A DNA stretch of 64,000 nt. Source: Halodesulfurarchaeum sp. GTDB taxonomy: Archaea; Halobacteriota; Halobacteria; Halobacteriales; Halobacteriaceae. The stretch is taken from NCBI GenBank assembly GCA_042216015.1, contig JBDGUI010000014.1:3778-67777 (forward strand), read 5' to 3'. Below the pieces are notes generated by a model. It did no database searches and had not been told where the DNA came from. It saw only the letters and a program-made list of their open reading frames with translations. Shown piece by piece: positions 1 to 10,075 of the stretch (position 1 is its first letter; each line of letters opens with the position of its first letter). The position numbers and the translations under genes were made by a program.

Positions 1-1
1 C

Positions 2-592
2 GAACGGATTCGGGAGTCAGTCGCGCCCGAACGGGTCATCGGCGGAACGACCACGATGGGTGCGTTCGTGCCCAAACCTGGAACGGTTCGAATCGAGAGC
101 CGTGGAGAAACGAGAATCGGGCGTCCCTGGGGGGAGACCGATCCGATCCTCGAACGGGTGACCGCGACCTTCGAATCGGCCGGGTTGCAAACCGAAATCG
201 ACGATCGGATTCGTCGGACGATCTGGGAAAAGGTGCTCGTCAACGTGGGCATCAACCCCGTCACTGCACTGGGTGGGGTACCGAACGGTCGTCTTCGATC
301 GGGGTTCGGGCGCAGCCTCCTCGAGACAGCCATCGAGGAGGCCCAGTGCGTTGCAAGGGCTGAGGGGTTCCCCGTCGATTCACCCGTCGAACGGGCGATC
401 GCCGTCGCCGATGCGACGGCGCAGAACCGATCGTCGATGCTTCGCGACCTCGAATCGAACTCCCGGACGGAGATCGAGGCCCTGAACGGCGCGATCGTGG
501 ATCGGGCGGCATCACATGACGTACGCGTTCCCGTGAACCGCACCCTCACCGAAGCGGTGAAGCTCCGGAGCACCCGGGAGAAACCCCCCTGA
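2..592 (+). CDS. panE: 2-dehydropantoate 2-reductase, 5'-partial (start outside window)
   Basis: WEKVLVNVGINPVTAL, NRSSMLRD and RTEIEALNGAIV motifs of the ApbA/PanE C-terminal domain. Confidence 0.9.
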   Translation, partial: ERIRESVAPERVIGGTTTMGAFVPKPGTVRIESRGETRIGRPWGETDPILERVTATFESAGLQTEIDDRIRRTIWEKVLVNVGINPVTALGGVPNGRLRSGFGRSLLETAIEEAQCVARAEGFPVDSPVERAIAVADATAQNRSSMLRDLESNSRTEIEALNGAIVDRAASHDVRVPVNRTLTEAVKLRSTREKPP

Positions 593-642
593 GAACCGAC
601 CGGGAACGAATCCGTCAAATGAAAGGCGACGGTACGGGATCC

Positions 643-1308
643 ATGGCCCACCCAATCGTCGTCGATATCGACGGCACGCTGAGCCGCCCGGATCGGTCGA
701 TCGATCCTCGGATCATCGACGCCCTCGCCGCCTGGCCGGGTCCGGTCGTCATCGCGACGGGGAAGGCGCTTCCCTACCCGGTCGCACTCGCCCAGTACGT
801 CGGGATCGAGCCCACTGTCGTCGCGGAAAACGGAGGGGTTGCCGTCGCAGGGGACAGGCTGCAGGTCCATGGAGATCGAACCGCCGCCGACGAGGTCGCG
901 GCCGAATACCGCTCCCAGGGCCACGAGTTGGGCTTCGGGAAGCCCGATCTCGCGAACCGGTGGCGCGAAACCGAGATCGTCGTCAGTCGCGACCAGCCCC
1001 TCGAACCCCTCGAAGCGCTCGCCCGGGAGCATGGTCTGGAGGTCGTCGATTCGGAGTACGCATACCACGTCAAATCGCCAGCCGTGAGCAAGGGTGCGGC
1101 CTTCGAATCGATCGCCGACCACCTGGAATTCGATCCCGAAATGACGGTCGCCATCGGGGATTCGCCAAACGACATCTCGCTCTTCGAGATCGTCGGCACC
1201 TCGTTTGCCGTGGCCAACGCGACCGATGACGCCAAAAAGGCGGCGGACTCGGTCACCAGTGGGAGTTACGCGGACGGATTCCTCGAGGCGCTGAACACCC
1301 TGCTCTGA
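643..1308 (+). CDS. pgp: HAD-superfamily phosphoglycolate phosphatase (archaeal type IIB)
   Basis: DIDGTL, ATGK, AENGG, SKG and GDSPND HAD motifs; start taken at ATG 643. Confidence 0.8.
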   Translation: MAHPIVVDIDGTLSRPDRSIDPRIIDALAAWPGPVVIATGKALPYPVALAQYVGIEPTVVAENGGVAVAGDRLQVHGDRTAADEVAAEYRSQGHELGFGKPDLANRWRETEIVVSRDQPLEPLEALAREHGLEVVDSEYAYHVKSPAVSKGAAFESIADHLEFDPEMTVAIGDSPNDISLFEIVGTSFAVANATDDAKKAADSVTSGSYADGFLEALNTLL

Positions 1309-1357
1309 GAAGTCCTGAAACAACTCCCGGTCACACCGAAGGAGCAACTGCCGAGTC

Positions 1358-1750
1358 CTACTGTTCGCCCTGTGTCGCGGATTCGTACTGGTCCCGGAAC
1401 TCCGTGATTAGTTGACCCATTTTGGCATACCAGTCGTTGAGCAGTCGTTGCATGTCGTCGGCGATCCGGTCGGGGTCGGTCGGTCGATAGACGTGATAGT
1501 ATCCCCCCTGTTCGTAATTCACCTGCTCCTTCTGAATGAAACCGGACTGCAGGAGGCGCTGGACGGACCGGTAGGCGGTGGACCGTTCCCGATCAACGGC
1601 GTCAGCAATATCGTCCACGGTGAGTGGGTCCGAGGCGTCGGTGAGGACCATGAACACCTCCTTGTCGAGTTCCTTGAGTCCGTGCATGCATTCGAGGAGG
1701 CCCTCACATTGCATGTCCTGAGAGAGATACTCGCTCATCGATTCTGCCAT
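1358..1750 (-). CDS. TrmB-like winged-helix transcriptional regulator
   Basis: CEGLLECMHGL...LTVDDIADAVDRERSTAYRSVQRL...GGYYHVY, a common haloarchaeal HTH family; start trimmed to ATG 1750. Confidence 0.8.
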   Translation of the reverse strand: MAESMSEYLSQDMQCEGLLECMHGLKELDKEVFMVLTDASDPLTVDDIADAVDRERSTAYRSVQRLLQSGFIQKEQVNYEQGGYYHVYRPTDPDRIADDMQRLLNDWYAKMGQLITEFRDQYESATQGEQ

Positions 1751-1977
1751 GGATATTGTGAGTTTGGTGCACCTCACTAAAAGGGTTGTGTCGAGCGGGT
1801 GGCCGGTCCGGATCGGCCTCCGTCCAGTACGAGGGGTCGGGCCTCGTCGGTCAGCGCCTGTTTCGAGGGGTCCCCAGTGGGAATGATCGAGTGATTTCGA
1901 CGGGAAAGATGGGTAAAATCGGGAGGACGTGTAGCGATCACAACCATGCACAGTCATCCCAGGACTCCACGTGCACG

Positions 1978-2460
1978 CTACCCCGATTGGGACGCCGAAT
2001 CCGCCTGCCAATCCGTCACGGACTCGAGTCTGGAAAATATCCGTTCCCCGTCGACTGCGGTCCCATCGGAAATTCGAAAGCGGACTGGCCCCTCGACAGC
2101 CGATTCGTTGATGTCACCGACGAGAATGGTGGGAAGCTCGGCCGACTTGAACCCCTCCACGAACACCCAGTCGACGTCTCGATCGGCGAGTTCCGCAAGC
2201 GTCTCACGAAGTGTGACACCATCCTCTTTTCCCTCGTTCCGGAACTCGGCGGTCTGGGAAGGCGTGACACCGACGACGGTGTCCGCTCCGGCCGTTCGGT
2301 GGCGATGGGTGTCGGTTCCGGGCGAATCGAATTCGACCTCGTGGTGAATCGACTTGACCGTCGCGACCGACAGAGCGGGGGGTATCACCTCGAGAAGCTC
2401 TTCGATCAGCGAGGTCTTCCCGGCATTGCGGTTGCCGGCCACCACGACGACCTTCATCAC
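1978..2460 (-). CDS. mobB: molybdopterin-guanine dinucleotide biosynthesis protein B
   Basis: Walker A GNRNAGKT, VATVKSIHH, PGTDTHRHRTAGA, VEGFK. Confidence 0.9.
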   Translation of the reverse strand: MMKVVVVAGNRNAGKTSLIEELLEVIPPALSVATVKSIHHEVEFDSPGTDTHRHRTAGADTVVGVTPSQTAEFRNEGKEDGVTLRETLAELADRDVDWVFVEGFKSAELPTILVGDINESAVEGPVRFRISDGTAVDGERIFSRLESVTDWQADSASQSG

Positions 2461-2635
2461 CTGACGGTCGCTCCGCGATCCACTTACGTGCTCCGAGTTT
2501 TATCGATCGAGATGTCGGTCGATCCGCATCGACGTTCGATATACATCGACACGTCCTTTCGTTGACGACGATTCCCGAATGGGCGCCCGGTTCCAAGAGC
2601 GGAAGCATTTCAACCCTGGAAACTACCGATTAGGT

Positions 2636-3724
2636 ATGAAGCGGGCGACAGGGATTGGGATCATCGTGACCCTCCTTTTGGTTGCCGGGGTGATTCCGGG
2701 AGCGACCGCCGTTTCGACCTTCGGCTCCGAGACCGAACAGATCGGTGGACTCCAGACCGATCTCGTCACCATCCAGGCGAGGGTGACCGCGGCCGGGAAC
2801 GCGGACTTCCAGATCCAGTACGCCATCGAACTGAATGGCGAAAACGAGAGTCAGGCGTTTGGCGAACTCGCCGCGGACATCGAGGCGAACGAATCGGCGT
2901 ATCTGGATCGGTTTGCAGACCGAATGAACGCGACCGTCGAGGCGGCAGAACGGGCCACCGGCCGACCGATGTCCATCGGCAACGTCGACGTCTGGACGAA
3001 CCGGACGAGCCTCGGGAAGGAATACGGCCTGGTCACATATTCTGCGACCTGGCGGGGGTTCGCGAATGCTACCGGGAACCGGCTCACAATCGGCGATGCA
3101 CTCGAGGGACTGTTCATCGACCAGGATACCCGATTCGTACTCCAGTGGCCCGAGACCTATCAACTCGAGTCCGTGAAGCCATCACCGGACGAATCCTCCG
3201 AGACTGAAGTGGTCTGGATGGGACCCCGCGAATTCGACGCTGGCGGGCCCTCGGTGACCCTGGTCCTCGAGACGACCGAGACCGATCCCGAATCGACCAC
3301 ACAGGAATCCGCCCCCACCCTGGGACCGACGACCGAGAAACCCCCGACTTCGGGAGGGGCATTTCCGGTGACCCTTCTGGGCATCGGCGTGATCGTTCTC
3401 CTGCTTGTCGGCGGTTGGTACTGGCGGCGTGGCGGATTCGTGGAGCAGCCGAGTTCTTCAGATGGATCTGATCTGGCCGATCACCCGGCGGAAAGTCAGA
3501 ATGGCGAACCGCCGGCCGAACTGCTGAGCAATGAAGAGCGGGTCGAGCAGTACCTCGAATCGGTCGGCGGTCGAGCGAAGCAGCAGGAAATCGTCGAGGC
3601 TCTCGACTGGACGGAGGCAAAGACGAGCCAGGTGCTCACGGAGATGACTGAGACGGGAACCATCGAGAAGTTCCGGATCGGCCGGGAAAACGTCGTCAAA
3701 CTGACCGACGACGAGACCGAGTGA
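2636..3724 (+). CDS. membrane-anchored protein: signal peptide, extracellular domain, TM helix, C-terminal winged HTH
   Basis: Hydrophobic N-terminus, Thr/Pro-rich linker, TM followed by WRR, then LLSNEERV...GGRAKQQEIV...KFRIGRENVV HTH. Confidence 0.75.
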   Translation: MKRATGIGIIVTLLLVAGVIPGATAVSTFGSETEQIGGLQTDLVTIQARVTAAGNADFQIQYAIELNGENESQAFGELAADIEANESAYLDRFADRMNATVEAAERATGRPMSIGNVDVWTNRTSLGKEYGLVTYSATWRGFANATGNRLTIGDALEGLFIDQDTRFVLQWPETYQLESVKPSPDESSETEVVWMGPREFDAGGPSVTLVLETTETDPESTTQESAPTLGPTTEKPPTSGGAFPVTLLGIGVIVLLLVGGWYWRRGGFVEQPSSSDGSDLADHPAESQNGEPPAELLSNEERVEQYLESVGGRAKQQEIVEALDWTEAKTSQVLTEMTETGTIEKFRIGRENVVKLTDDETE

Positions 3725-3810
3725 ATCGCGTAATGATCGGCCATCCCTTGACGGCCCCCCGCCCAAATGGCGGGGTTCTAGCCTCGAAACTTCCATAACC
3801 CCGTTCGCCA

Positions 3811-4008
3811 TCACTCGTACAGACCGACGAGTACGGCGATCACCAACACGAGGCCGCCGAATCCACCGACGGCAAACCAGATCCCTGCAAGTGCCCCGCT
3901 CGGCGGATCCCGCGGGAGCAAGAGCAGCACGATCGTCCCCAGCCCAAGCAGCACCAATCCCCACACGTAGAGCCGGAGGAGGTGATAGAACAGTCGGCCG
4001 AGGTCCAT
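3811..4008 (-). CDS. small two-TM membrane protein
   Basis: 65 aa with two hydrophobic helices; fills the gap between convergent neighbours. Confidence 0.55.
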   Translation of the reverse strand: MDLGRLFYHLLRLYVWGLVLLGLGTIVLLLLPRDPPSGALAGIWFAVGGFGGLVLVIAVLVGLYE

Positions 4009-4104
4009 GGATGCACTACGTCCCGAAGCCTCAACTAGTTGTGTGCCAGGGAACTCGAGTCGAGGAACACGAATCGATTCGTCCGCGTGAGACCATCTGC
4101 CGGG

Positions 4105-5277
4105 CTATTCTTCGGTCGAACCCTCATCGATGACGCGGAATCCATCGGTCTCAGTGCGACCGGAGAGTTCACGCTGCGGGAAGGGGATCTTGATGTCCTC
4201 CTCCTCGAAGGCGGCAGCAACGGCCGTGATGGAATCGCTGATTGCAAGCGCCCGGCGGCGGGCACTCGGCTTGTCGATCCAGAATCGAAGCTCGAGAACG
4301 ATCGCCGAATCGGCGAATCGACTCGTCACGACCCTGGGGCGAGGGACCGTAAGAACCCGATCGACATCCCCGAGAGCCTCCTCTGCCACGTCGCTTGCGT
4401 GATCGGGATCCGCATCGTAATCGATCCCCACCTCGACACGCAATCGGAGCCTCCCCTTCGTGGTTCGGTTGACGATGGTCGAATTGCCGACCAGGTCGTT
4501 CGGAAGGGCGATCAGTTCGCCATCGAAGTTCTGGAGCCGGGTGTTCACGATGGTGATTTCCGAGACGATTCCCTCGTGCTCACCGATCTGCACCCAGTCG
4601 CCGATCTCGAACGGTCGCGAGAGCATCAGGACGAATCCGGCGATGAGCGCTCCGAGGGTCTGCTGGGCGGCGAGACCGGCCACGATGCCCAGAAATCCCG
4701 CCCCGACGAGGAGTCCACCGAGATCGACCCCCCAGAGCGAGAGCGCGACGATCGAGGCCGCGATCAGGAAGATGATCTGGAGGACCCGCAACCAGATTTC
4801 CTCCTGGTGGGGGGAGATCTTCTCCGAGCGCTTCGTCAACTCGCCGAGCCAGCTGTGGAGAACCCCCATGCCGGAGTAGGCGCCCACGAGCAGGAGGACG
4901 GTGAGGAGTCCCTTGAGGATCATCGACATCGGAATCGAGAGTCCCCTCACGAACTCCTTGGCGGATCCAATCTCGCCCCAGATGCCAAGCAATGCGACGG
5001 TCGCCAGGATGGCAACACTCGCTTGGCCGATTCGAACGGCCCCCCGTTCAACGCCAGGAATGTCCGTGAGATGGATTGGACCGCTCCCCGATTCCATTCG
5101 TAGGAGATTCAGGAGCCAGAGAAGACCACGTCCGATGAGTTCCACTGCCCGAGGAACCAACACCAAGATGGCGAAGATAGCGAGCAGTCCAACTCCCACC
5201 GAGACGCCGATCTGCATTTCGATCGATCCGGCCCCGCCGAGGAGGTCTCCGATCGTCGATCCAAAACCCAACGCCAT
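4105..5277 (-). CDS. mscS: small-conductance mechanosensitive channel (MscS family)
   Basis: GLAAQQTLGALIAG, RPFEIGDWV, PNDLV, IKIPFPQR. Confidence 0.9.
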   Translation of the reverse strand: MALGFGSTIGDLLGGAGSIEMQIGVSVGVGLLAIFAILVLVPRAVELIGRGLLWLLNLLRMESGSGPIHLTDIPGVERGAVRIGQASVAILATVALLGIWGEIGSAKEFVRGLSIPMSMILKGLLTVLLLVGAYSGMGVLHSWLGELTKRSEKISPHQEEIWLRVLQIIFLIAASIVALSLWGVDLGGLLVGAGFLGIVAGLAAQQTLGALIAGFVLMLSRPFEIGDWVQIGEHEGIVSEITIVNTRLQNFDGELIALPNDLVGNSTIVNRTTKGRLRLRVEVGIDYDADPDHASDVAEEALGDVDRVLTVPRPRVVTSRFADSAIVLELRFWIDKPSARRRALAISDSITAVAAAFEEEDIKIPFPQRELSGRTETDGFRVIDEGSTEE

Positions 5278-5397
5278 TATCGGAACGTCGGTGGGGATCC
5301 ACTTAGAGGTGCTGGCATGCGTATTCGATCATCACTCACCATACGAAAACCAGCCGTGGGTGGGAACATTCTTAATCGCGCTCCAATTTCATGGACT

Positions 5398-6771
5398 ATG
5401 GAGCAGGTCGACGTCGCGATCGTCGGCGGTGGTCCGGCCGGCACGGCCGCCGGGCGGGCCGCTGCCGACCACGGCGCACGCGCTGTCGTCATCGAGAAAG
5501 GGGTCCCGCGAGAGGATCGGGAGTCGGTGGGACCGGACTCGACGGACGCGGCCGGATTTCTGGACTTCTGGAGCGAAATCGCCGACGTCGATCCGACGAC
5601 CTGGCCCGAGGATATCATTCATCAGCACCTCACGGGTGCAGAATTCCGGAGCCGGGAGGAGTCGATCACGATCAGGAAGACCGGTATCGATTCGTCCTAT
5701 CCGCACTTCGGGTTCACCTTCGATCGGGCGAAATTCGACGATTGGCACCGCGAACGGGCCGAAGAGGCGGGTGCTGACTACCGGGTTGGAACCGGCGTTC
5801 GGTCCATCGACGTCGGCCGACGGAGTTCTGCCCACCTGGTGACTCTCGCCGACGGATCGACGATTCGAGCCGATACGCTGATACTCGCCGACGGCCCCCA
5901 ACGCCAGCTGACACTTCGTGTCCTCGACGAATTGCTCCCCGCCGATCGATCGGCCTCGACAGCCCTCTCGCCGCCAACAGCGAATCACATCGCCTATCAG
6001 GAGTACAGACAGTTCCCGAGCGAGGAATTCGATCCCGACCGCATCAAATTCTGGTGGGGATGGATCCCCGGTCATACCGCCTACCCGTGGATCTTCCCGA
6101 ACAGCGACAACGTGGCCAGGGTGGGTCTCACGATGCCCATCGGCCTGTCACTCGAGGACATTCACGATCCGAGAGCCTACGAATTGATCGAACCGGACGA
6201 CGAGACCATGCCCTCTCCTCGCACCTTCCTCGAACGCTTTCTCGAGCGGCTCTACGGGGAGGAGTACGACGTGGCGGGGGACTTCCCACGGCTCGAAACC
6301 TACGGAAAGGACGGGGGGACTGAAACCTACCCCATCTCATCGACTCGCCCAATCGACTCCCCGACCGCACACGGGATCGCCGTCGTGGGCGGGGCGATGG
6401 GGGCGACCTCGGCATTTCACGAGGGAGGAGACCACGTCGCTCTCAGGACGGGCAAACTCGCCGGAAGACTCGGCGCGACCGGGCGCCTCGGGGCATACAA
6501 CGACGCCTGGAAGGCCGCGATCGGGCCCGAGGTCCGACGAAACGTCACCCTCGCCGACATGGTTCGAAACTACGAACCCGCCGACTGGGACCGGGTCTTC
6601 CGAATCGGACAGCGGATGCTTGGCAAACAGGAGGGAGCCGTGCCGAAACTTCGTTCGGCACTTACGGCAGGTCTCCCCGCTGTCAAACTCTATCTCGCGT
6701 ATCGATACGAGCGGTACAAACTCCGCTCGAACAGGTACGTGAGCATTCACGCCTCAGCGTACCGGTCCTGA
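5398..6771 (+). CDS. FAD-dependent oxidoreductase, geranylgeranyl reductase/FixC family
   Basis: VAIVGGGPAG Rossmann motif, FDRAKFDDW, YPWIFP, GGAMGATSAFHEGG; start trimmed to ATG 5398. Confidence 0.8.
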   Translation: MEQVDVAIVGGGPAGTAAGRAAADHGARAVVIEKGVPREDRESVGPDSTDAAGFLDFWSEIADVDPTTWPEDIIHQHLTGAEFRSREESITIRKTGIDSSYPHFGFTFDRAKFDDWHRERAEEAGADYRVGTGVRSIDVGRRSSAHLVTLADGSTIRADTLILADGPQRQLTLRVLDELLPADRSASTALSPPTANHIAYQEYRQFPSEEFDPDRIKFWWGWIPGHTAYPWIFPNSDNVARVGLTMPIGLSLEDIHDPRAYELIEPDDETMPSPRTFLERFLERLYGEEYDVAGDFPRLETYGKDGGTETYPISSTRPIDSPTAHGIAVVGGAMGATSAFHEGGDHVALRTGKLAGRLGATGRLGAYNDAWKAAIGPEVRRNVTLADMVRNYEPADWDRVFRIGQRMLGKQEGAVPKLRSALTAGLPAVKLYLAYRYERYKLRSNRYVSIHASAYRS

Positions 6772-6785
6772 CCGACCACCGGGAG

Positions 6786-6908
6786 TCAAAGTGAGGGCCC
6801 CTTCTCCCGGTACCACCCAGTGATCCACGTCGAGGGTTGTCCAAGCGAGACGGCGACGTGGTCGCTGTACGCAACGTCAGCTTCCACGTGGAGTTCGGAT
6901 CGGTCCAT
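6786..6908 (-). CDS. putative 40-aa peptide (MDRSELHVEAD...) with strong SD
   Basis: Minus strand reads CAGGAGGTCA-ATG; no recognisable domain. Confidence 0.35.
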   Translation of the reverse strand: MDRSELHVEADVAYSDHVAVSLGQPSTWITGWYREKGPSL

Positions 6909-7039
6909 TGACCTCCTGTTTGGCAGGATGCTCCTCCATTCGGTGAATCCGCCGAACACCATCGCAGAGGAGGCAACCGGGAGTGAGACCCCGGTGAGGA
7001 ACGCGGCGTTTATTGGCAAACCGATCCAGAATACGATCG

Positions 7040-7477
7040 ATGAACCCGGGCACCTACACGATACTCCTCGAACTCGAGGAGGAGCGGACGGTGACGTTCG
7101 GGGCCGCCGGCTCTCGGGAGTTGGCGCCCGGATTTTACGCGTATACGGGGAGTGCGTTCGGTCCCGGTGGACTCTCGCGGGTCGATCGTCACCGTCGGGT
7201 ACTCCGGGGACGCAACTCGACCCGCCACTGGCACGTCGATTATCTTCTCGACAATTCCGCGGTCACATGGATTGGCACCTGGGTGAGCCCCCATCGACGA
7301 AACGAATGCGAGATCGCCGGAGCACTCCTGGGGGACCCCCTTCCGGGCATCGGCTCGTCGGACTGTTCCTGTGAGAGCCATCTCGTGTTCCATACCGACC
7401 GTTCGACACTGACCACAGCGATCGAAGCCGTACACGAGAAGCGCTATTCGTCGGTAAGCCACTCCGAGGGGGACTGA
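7040..7477 (+). CDS. GIY-YIG (DUF123/Uri) nuclease family protein
   Basis: GTYTILL...YAYTGSAFGPGGLSRVDRH...HWHVDYLL...GSSDCSCESHL. Confidence 0.85.
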   Translation: MNPGTYTILLELEEERTVTFGAAGSRELAPGFYAYTGSAFGPGGLSRVDRHRRVLRGRNSTRHWHVDYLLDNSAVTWIGTWVSPHRRNECEIAGALLGDPLPGIGSSDCSCESHLVFHTDRSTLTTAIEAVHEKRYSSVSHSEGD

Positions 7478-8094
7478 CCGAACCCCCGTGTTCTGATCTC
7501 TCGTGGTCCGTCATCTGGAACGCGCAACTGGATCACGCCGTCGAAGAGCTGATTGAGCGTGTTGATCGTCTGGGCATCGTGGGAATCCGGGTCGATCGAA
7601 AACAGGCCGAGCCAGCCCATCGACTGGATCTGTCTGGTGAAGACGTGAAGGAACCGAAAGAGTCGCTCGAGATCGACGTACATGAGCACCGGTGTGAGCG
7701 AATCGAAGGCAACCCGCACCCGATCGATCCCCTGGGAATCAGTCTCCTTGGAGAGCTGTGAGAATTCGATCCCGATCCCCGTCAAATCACCCGGAGAGCC
7801 ACAGCTCCTGATGATCTCATCGTGGTCCCCGGGGGAATCCGAGCCAACACTGTCGACGATCCGAACGTAGGCATCATTGGGGACGTGTTCCCCGAATTGC
7901 TCATAAACCTGTGTGCCACTGTCGTTCGCGGTGACGATCACCGATCCCTCTCCACGAGTTGCGCCGTGGCTCAGCACGTCGAACATGAGCTGTCGTTTGC
8001 CGGACATCGCAGGACCGCTCACCAGGATGTTCGTTCCCGGTTCCACGCTGTCGACGAGCGGGGCCGGCACGGCGTCGCCAAGTTCATAGCTCAT
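7444..8094 (-). CDS. KaiC/RAD55-like RecA-superfamily ATPase domain protein
   Basis: GTNILVSGPAMSGK, SPGDLTGIGI, FDSL, LFRFLHVFT, QLFDG. Confidence 0.8.
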   Translation of the reverse strand: MSYELGDAVPAPLVDSVEPGTNILVSGPAMSGKRQLMFDVLSHGATRGEGSVIVTANDSGTQVYEQFGEHVPNDAYVRIVDSVGSDSPGDHDEIIRSCGSPGDLTGIGIEFSQLSKETDSQGIDRVRVAFDSLTPVLMYVDLERLFRFLHVFTRQIQSMGWLGLFSIDPDSHDAQTINTLNQLFDGVIQLRVPDDGPREIRTRGFGQSPSEWLTDE

Positions 8095-8287
8095 TTGTGT
8101 CCCGTCCTTTCCGTAGTGCACTCACCGGGGCTATGTAGTTCAGTTCGCGCGTGGACCATAAGTATACTTGGAAAGTGTCGAGCAATTCGTGGTGGGGCCA
8201 CCGGCCCGATCCGGGGACTGGAGCGGAGGTGATGTGAGAAATTCCGTCGCACTCTGTTCATTCAACGCGGACTCGGTGAGTGATCGG

Positions 8288-8725
8288 CTATTGGACCGAG
8301 TTGACACCGGCAACCTCCTGAAATTCGCGAAGGTTCGCGTCGGTCCCGACGACGAGTGTGTCCCCGATCTCGCTCGATCCACAGATGACGATGTGGTCTT
8401 CTCCCCGATAGGTCGTCGGTCGGCGCTCCTCCAGCCGCCGTTCGATCCAGGGGACGAGAAACAGCGGCAACGTGAGAAAAAAGAAAAACACGCCGGTGAA
8501 TTGCATGAGGATTACCAAAAGCAGCATCGGCGTACTCGACCACGGGGCGTCCTCGCCATATCCGGTGGTCGTGATGCTCTGGACGACGACCTGCAGCGAT
8601 TCGAAAAATCCGCGCTCGACGCCCTCGAGGTAGACCATCCCGTACTGGTAACTCAAAGTATACAGGAGGATCAGCACGACCATCGCGAGGATGTAATAGA
8701 GCCCGTGTCGGCGCGTTCGATCCAT
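8288..8725 (-). pseudogene. TrkA-type potassium channel, internally deleted (pore kept, RCK domains lost)
   Basis: TTTGYG selectivity filter between two TMs; HIVICG RCK start runs straight into a TrkA-C-like terminus; only 145 aa. Confidence 0.7.
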
Positions 8726-8824
8726 ACCCGTAGACTCTCGGGCGGTGGCTTAAAGAGTCGATCGACTACGGGGGCCGGACCCCCGATCATCGTGGGCACA
8801 AAAACGTATGAGGACACGTCACGA

Positions 8825-9424
8825 ATGGCGGATATGCACGCACTCGACGACACCGACCTCGAGATACTTCGACTGCTGGTCGAGGACGCCCGTCGACCCT
8901 ACCGGGAGATCGCAGAAACGGTCGACCTCTCCGCACCCGCGGTCTCGGATCGCGTCGCCCGGCTCAAAGAGCAGGGGATCGTTCGTCGGTTCACCGTCGA
9001 CGTGGATCGCCGACAGCTTCGGGAGGGGACACCCGTTCTCGTGAGCCTCTCGGTCGCCCCGGACGCCGTGGCTGGCGTGAAAGACGCCATCGGCGAACTG
9101 GAGGCCGTCGAACACCTCTACGTGACCGTCGACGACGTGGTGATCTTCCACGCGAATGCACCCGAGGACGTGGGTGCCTGGCTGGACCGTCTGCTCGTCA
9201 CCGACGGCATTCGGGACGTCGACGTCTCGCTCCTGAGCGAGAGTCACTGGTCCCCCACCATCGGAGCGACGGACTTCGCGACAGTGTGTGATGAGTGTGG
9301 CAACACCGTCACGAGCGAAGGCGTCACCGCCCGCGTCGGGGACGAGGTCAAACAGTTCTGCTGTCCGTCATGTGAATCCCGCTACTTGGAACGATACGAA
9401 GAGCTCAGCGCGGGCGCCGAGTGA
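8825..9424 (+). CDS. Lrp/AsnC regulator with C-terminal TRASH metal-binding domain
   Basis: LDDTDLEILRLLVEDARRPY HTH; CDECG...FCCPSC TRASH motif. Confidence 0.9.
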   Translation: MADMHALDDTDLEILRLLVEDARRPYREIAETVDLSAPAVSDRVARLKEQGIVRRFTVDVDRRQLREGTPVLVSLSVAPDAVAGVKDAIGELEAVEHLYVTVDDVVIFHANAPEDVGAWLDRLLVTDGIRDVDVSLLSESHWSPTIGATDFATVCDECGNTVTSEGVTARVGDEVKQFCCPSCESRYLERYEELSAGAE

Positions 9425-9473
9425 GCAGCTCCAACCCGAAACGCCCTAAGCCCCCCATCCCCAACGCCTTCCC

Positions 9474-9725
9474 ATGTCGAGCACGCTGCGTGTCCCAGAC
9501 ATGAGTTGTGACGGCTGTGAAGACATCGTGCAGAACGCCCTCGAGGAAGTCACGGGTGTCGAATCGGCGAACGCCGACCACGAGGCCGGCACAGTGGACG
9601 TCGAGGGCGACGCCGCGACCGGCGACCTGATCGACGCGGTCGATTACGCCGGGTACTCGGTCGAGGGGGAATCCGAGCCAGCGGCCGAGGAGTCCGAAGC
9701 TACCACAGAGGAGACCGAGGAATAG
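9474..9725 (+). CDS. copZ: CopZ-like heavy-metal chaperone (HMA domain)
   Basis: MSCDGC metal-binding motif, AVDYAGY. Confidence 0.85.
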   Translation: MSSTLRVPDMSCDGCEDIVQNALEEVTGVESANADHEAGTVDVEGDAATGDLIDAVDYAGYSVEGESEPAAEESEATTEETEE

Positions 9726-9814
9726 GGTCGTTTTTTCGGACATCAGTGACTCGACTGATTACTTTCAATCCGTCCAATAAATATAAAACCCCTCCATTCG
9801 TTGGGGTAACTACC

Positions 9815-10075
9815 ATGGTGGTAGCTGATACCCAGGTGGAAGACCTGCCCCCGAGTGCCAAGCTCGTCCTGAAGGTTCTCGAGTACAACGGAGGCCTGAC
9901 CCAGAAGCAGATCGTGGACAAGTCCCGTCTCTCCCAGCGTACCGTCCGGGATGCCCTCGACCGGCTACAGGATCGGACCATCGTCGAGAAGAACATCTAC
10001 ATCCCGGACGCTCGGCAGAACCTCTATACGCTCTCGGCCCCGGCAAGCGAGAGCCCCGCGGAAGCCGAAGTCTGA
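9815..10075 (+). CDS. small winged-helix (MarR/ArsR-like) regulator
   Basis: DLPPSAKLVLKVLEYNGGLTQKQIV...RTVRDAL...DARQNLY. Confidence 0.85.
   Translation: MVVADTQVEDLPPSAKLVLKVLEYNGGLTQKQIVDKSRLSQRTVRDALDRLQDRTIVEKNIYIPDARQNLYTLSAPASESPAEAEV

Noticed and set aside
6950-6967. Fluoride (crcB) riboswitch-like GCGATGGTGTTCG on the minus strand
   Set aside because: P1 pairing is imperfect, no downstream conserved pseudoknot segment is seen, and no fluoride-related gene follows
8825-9725. Novel metal-sensing system
   Set aside because: Lrp-TRASH plus a CopZ chaperone is an already described haloarchaeal copper module
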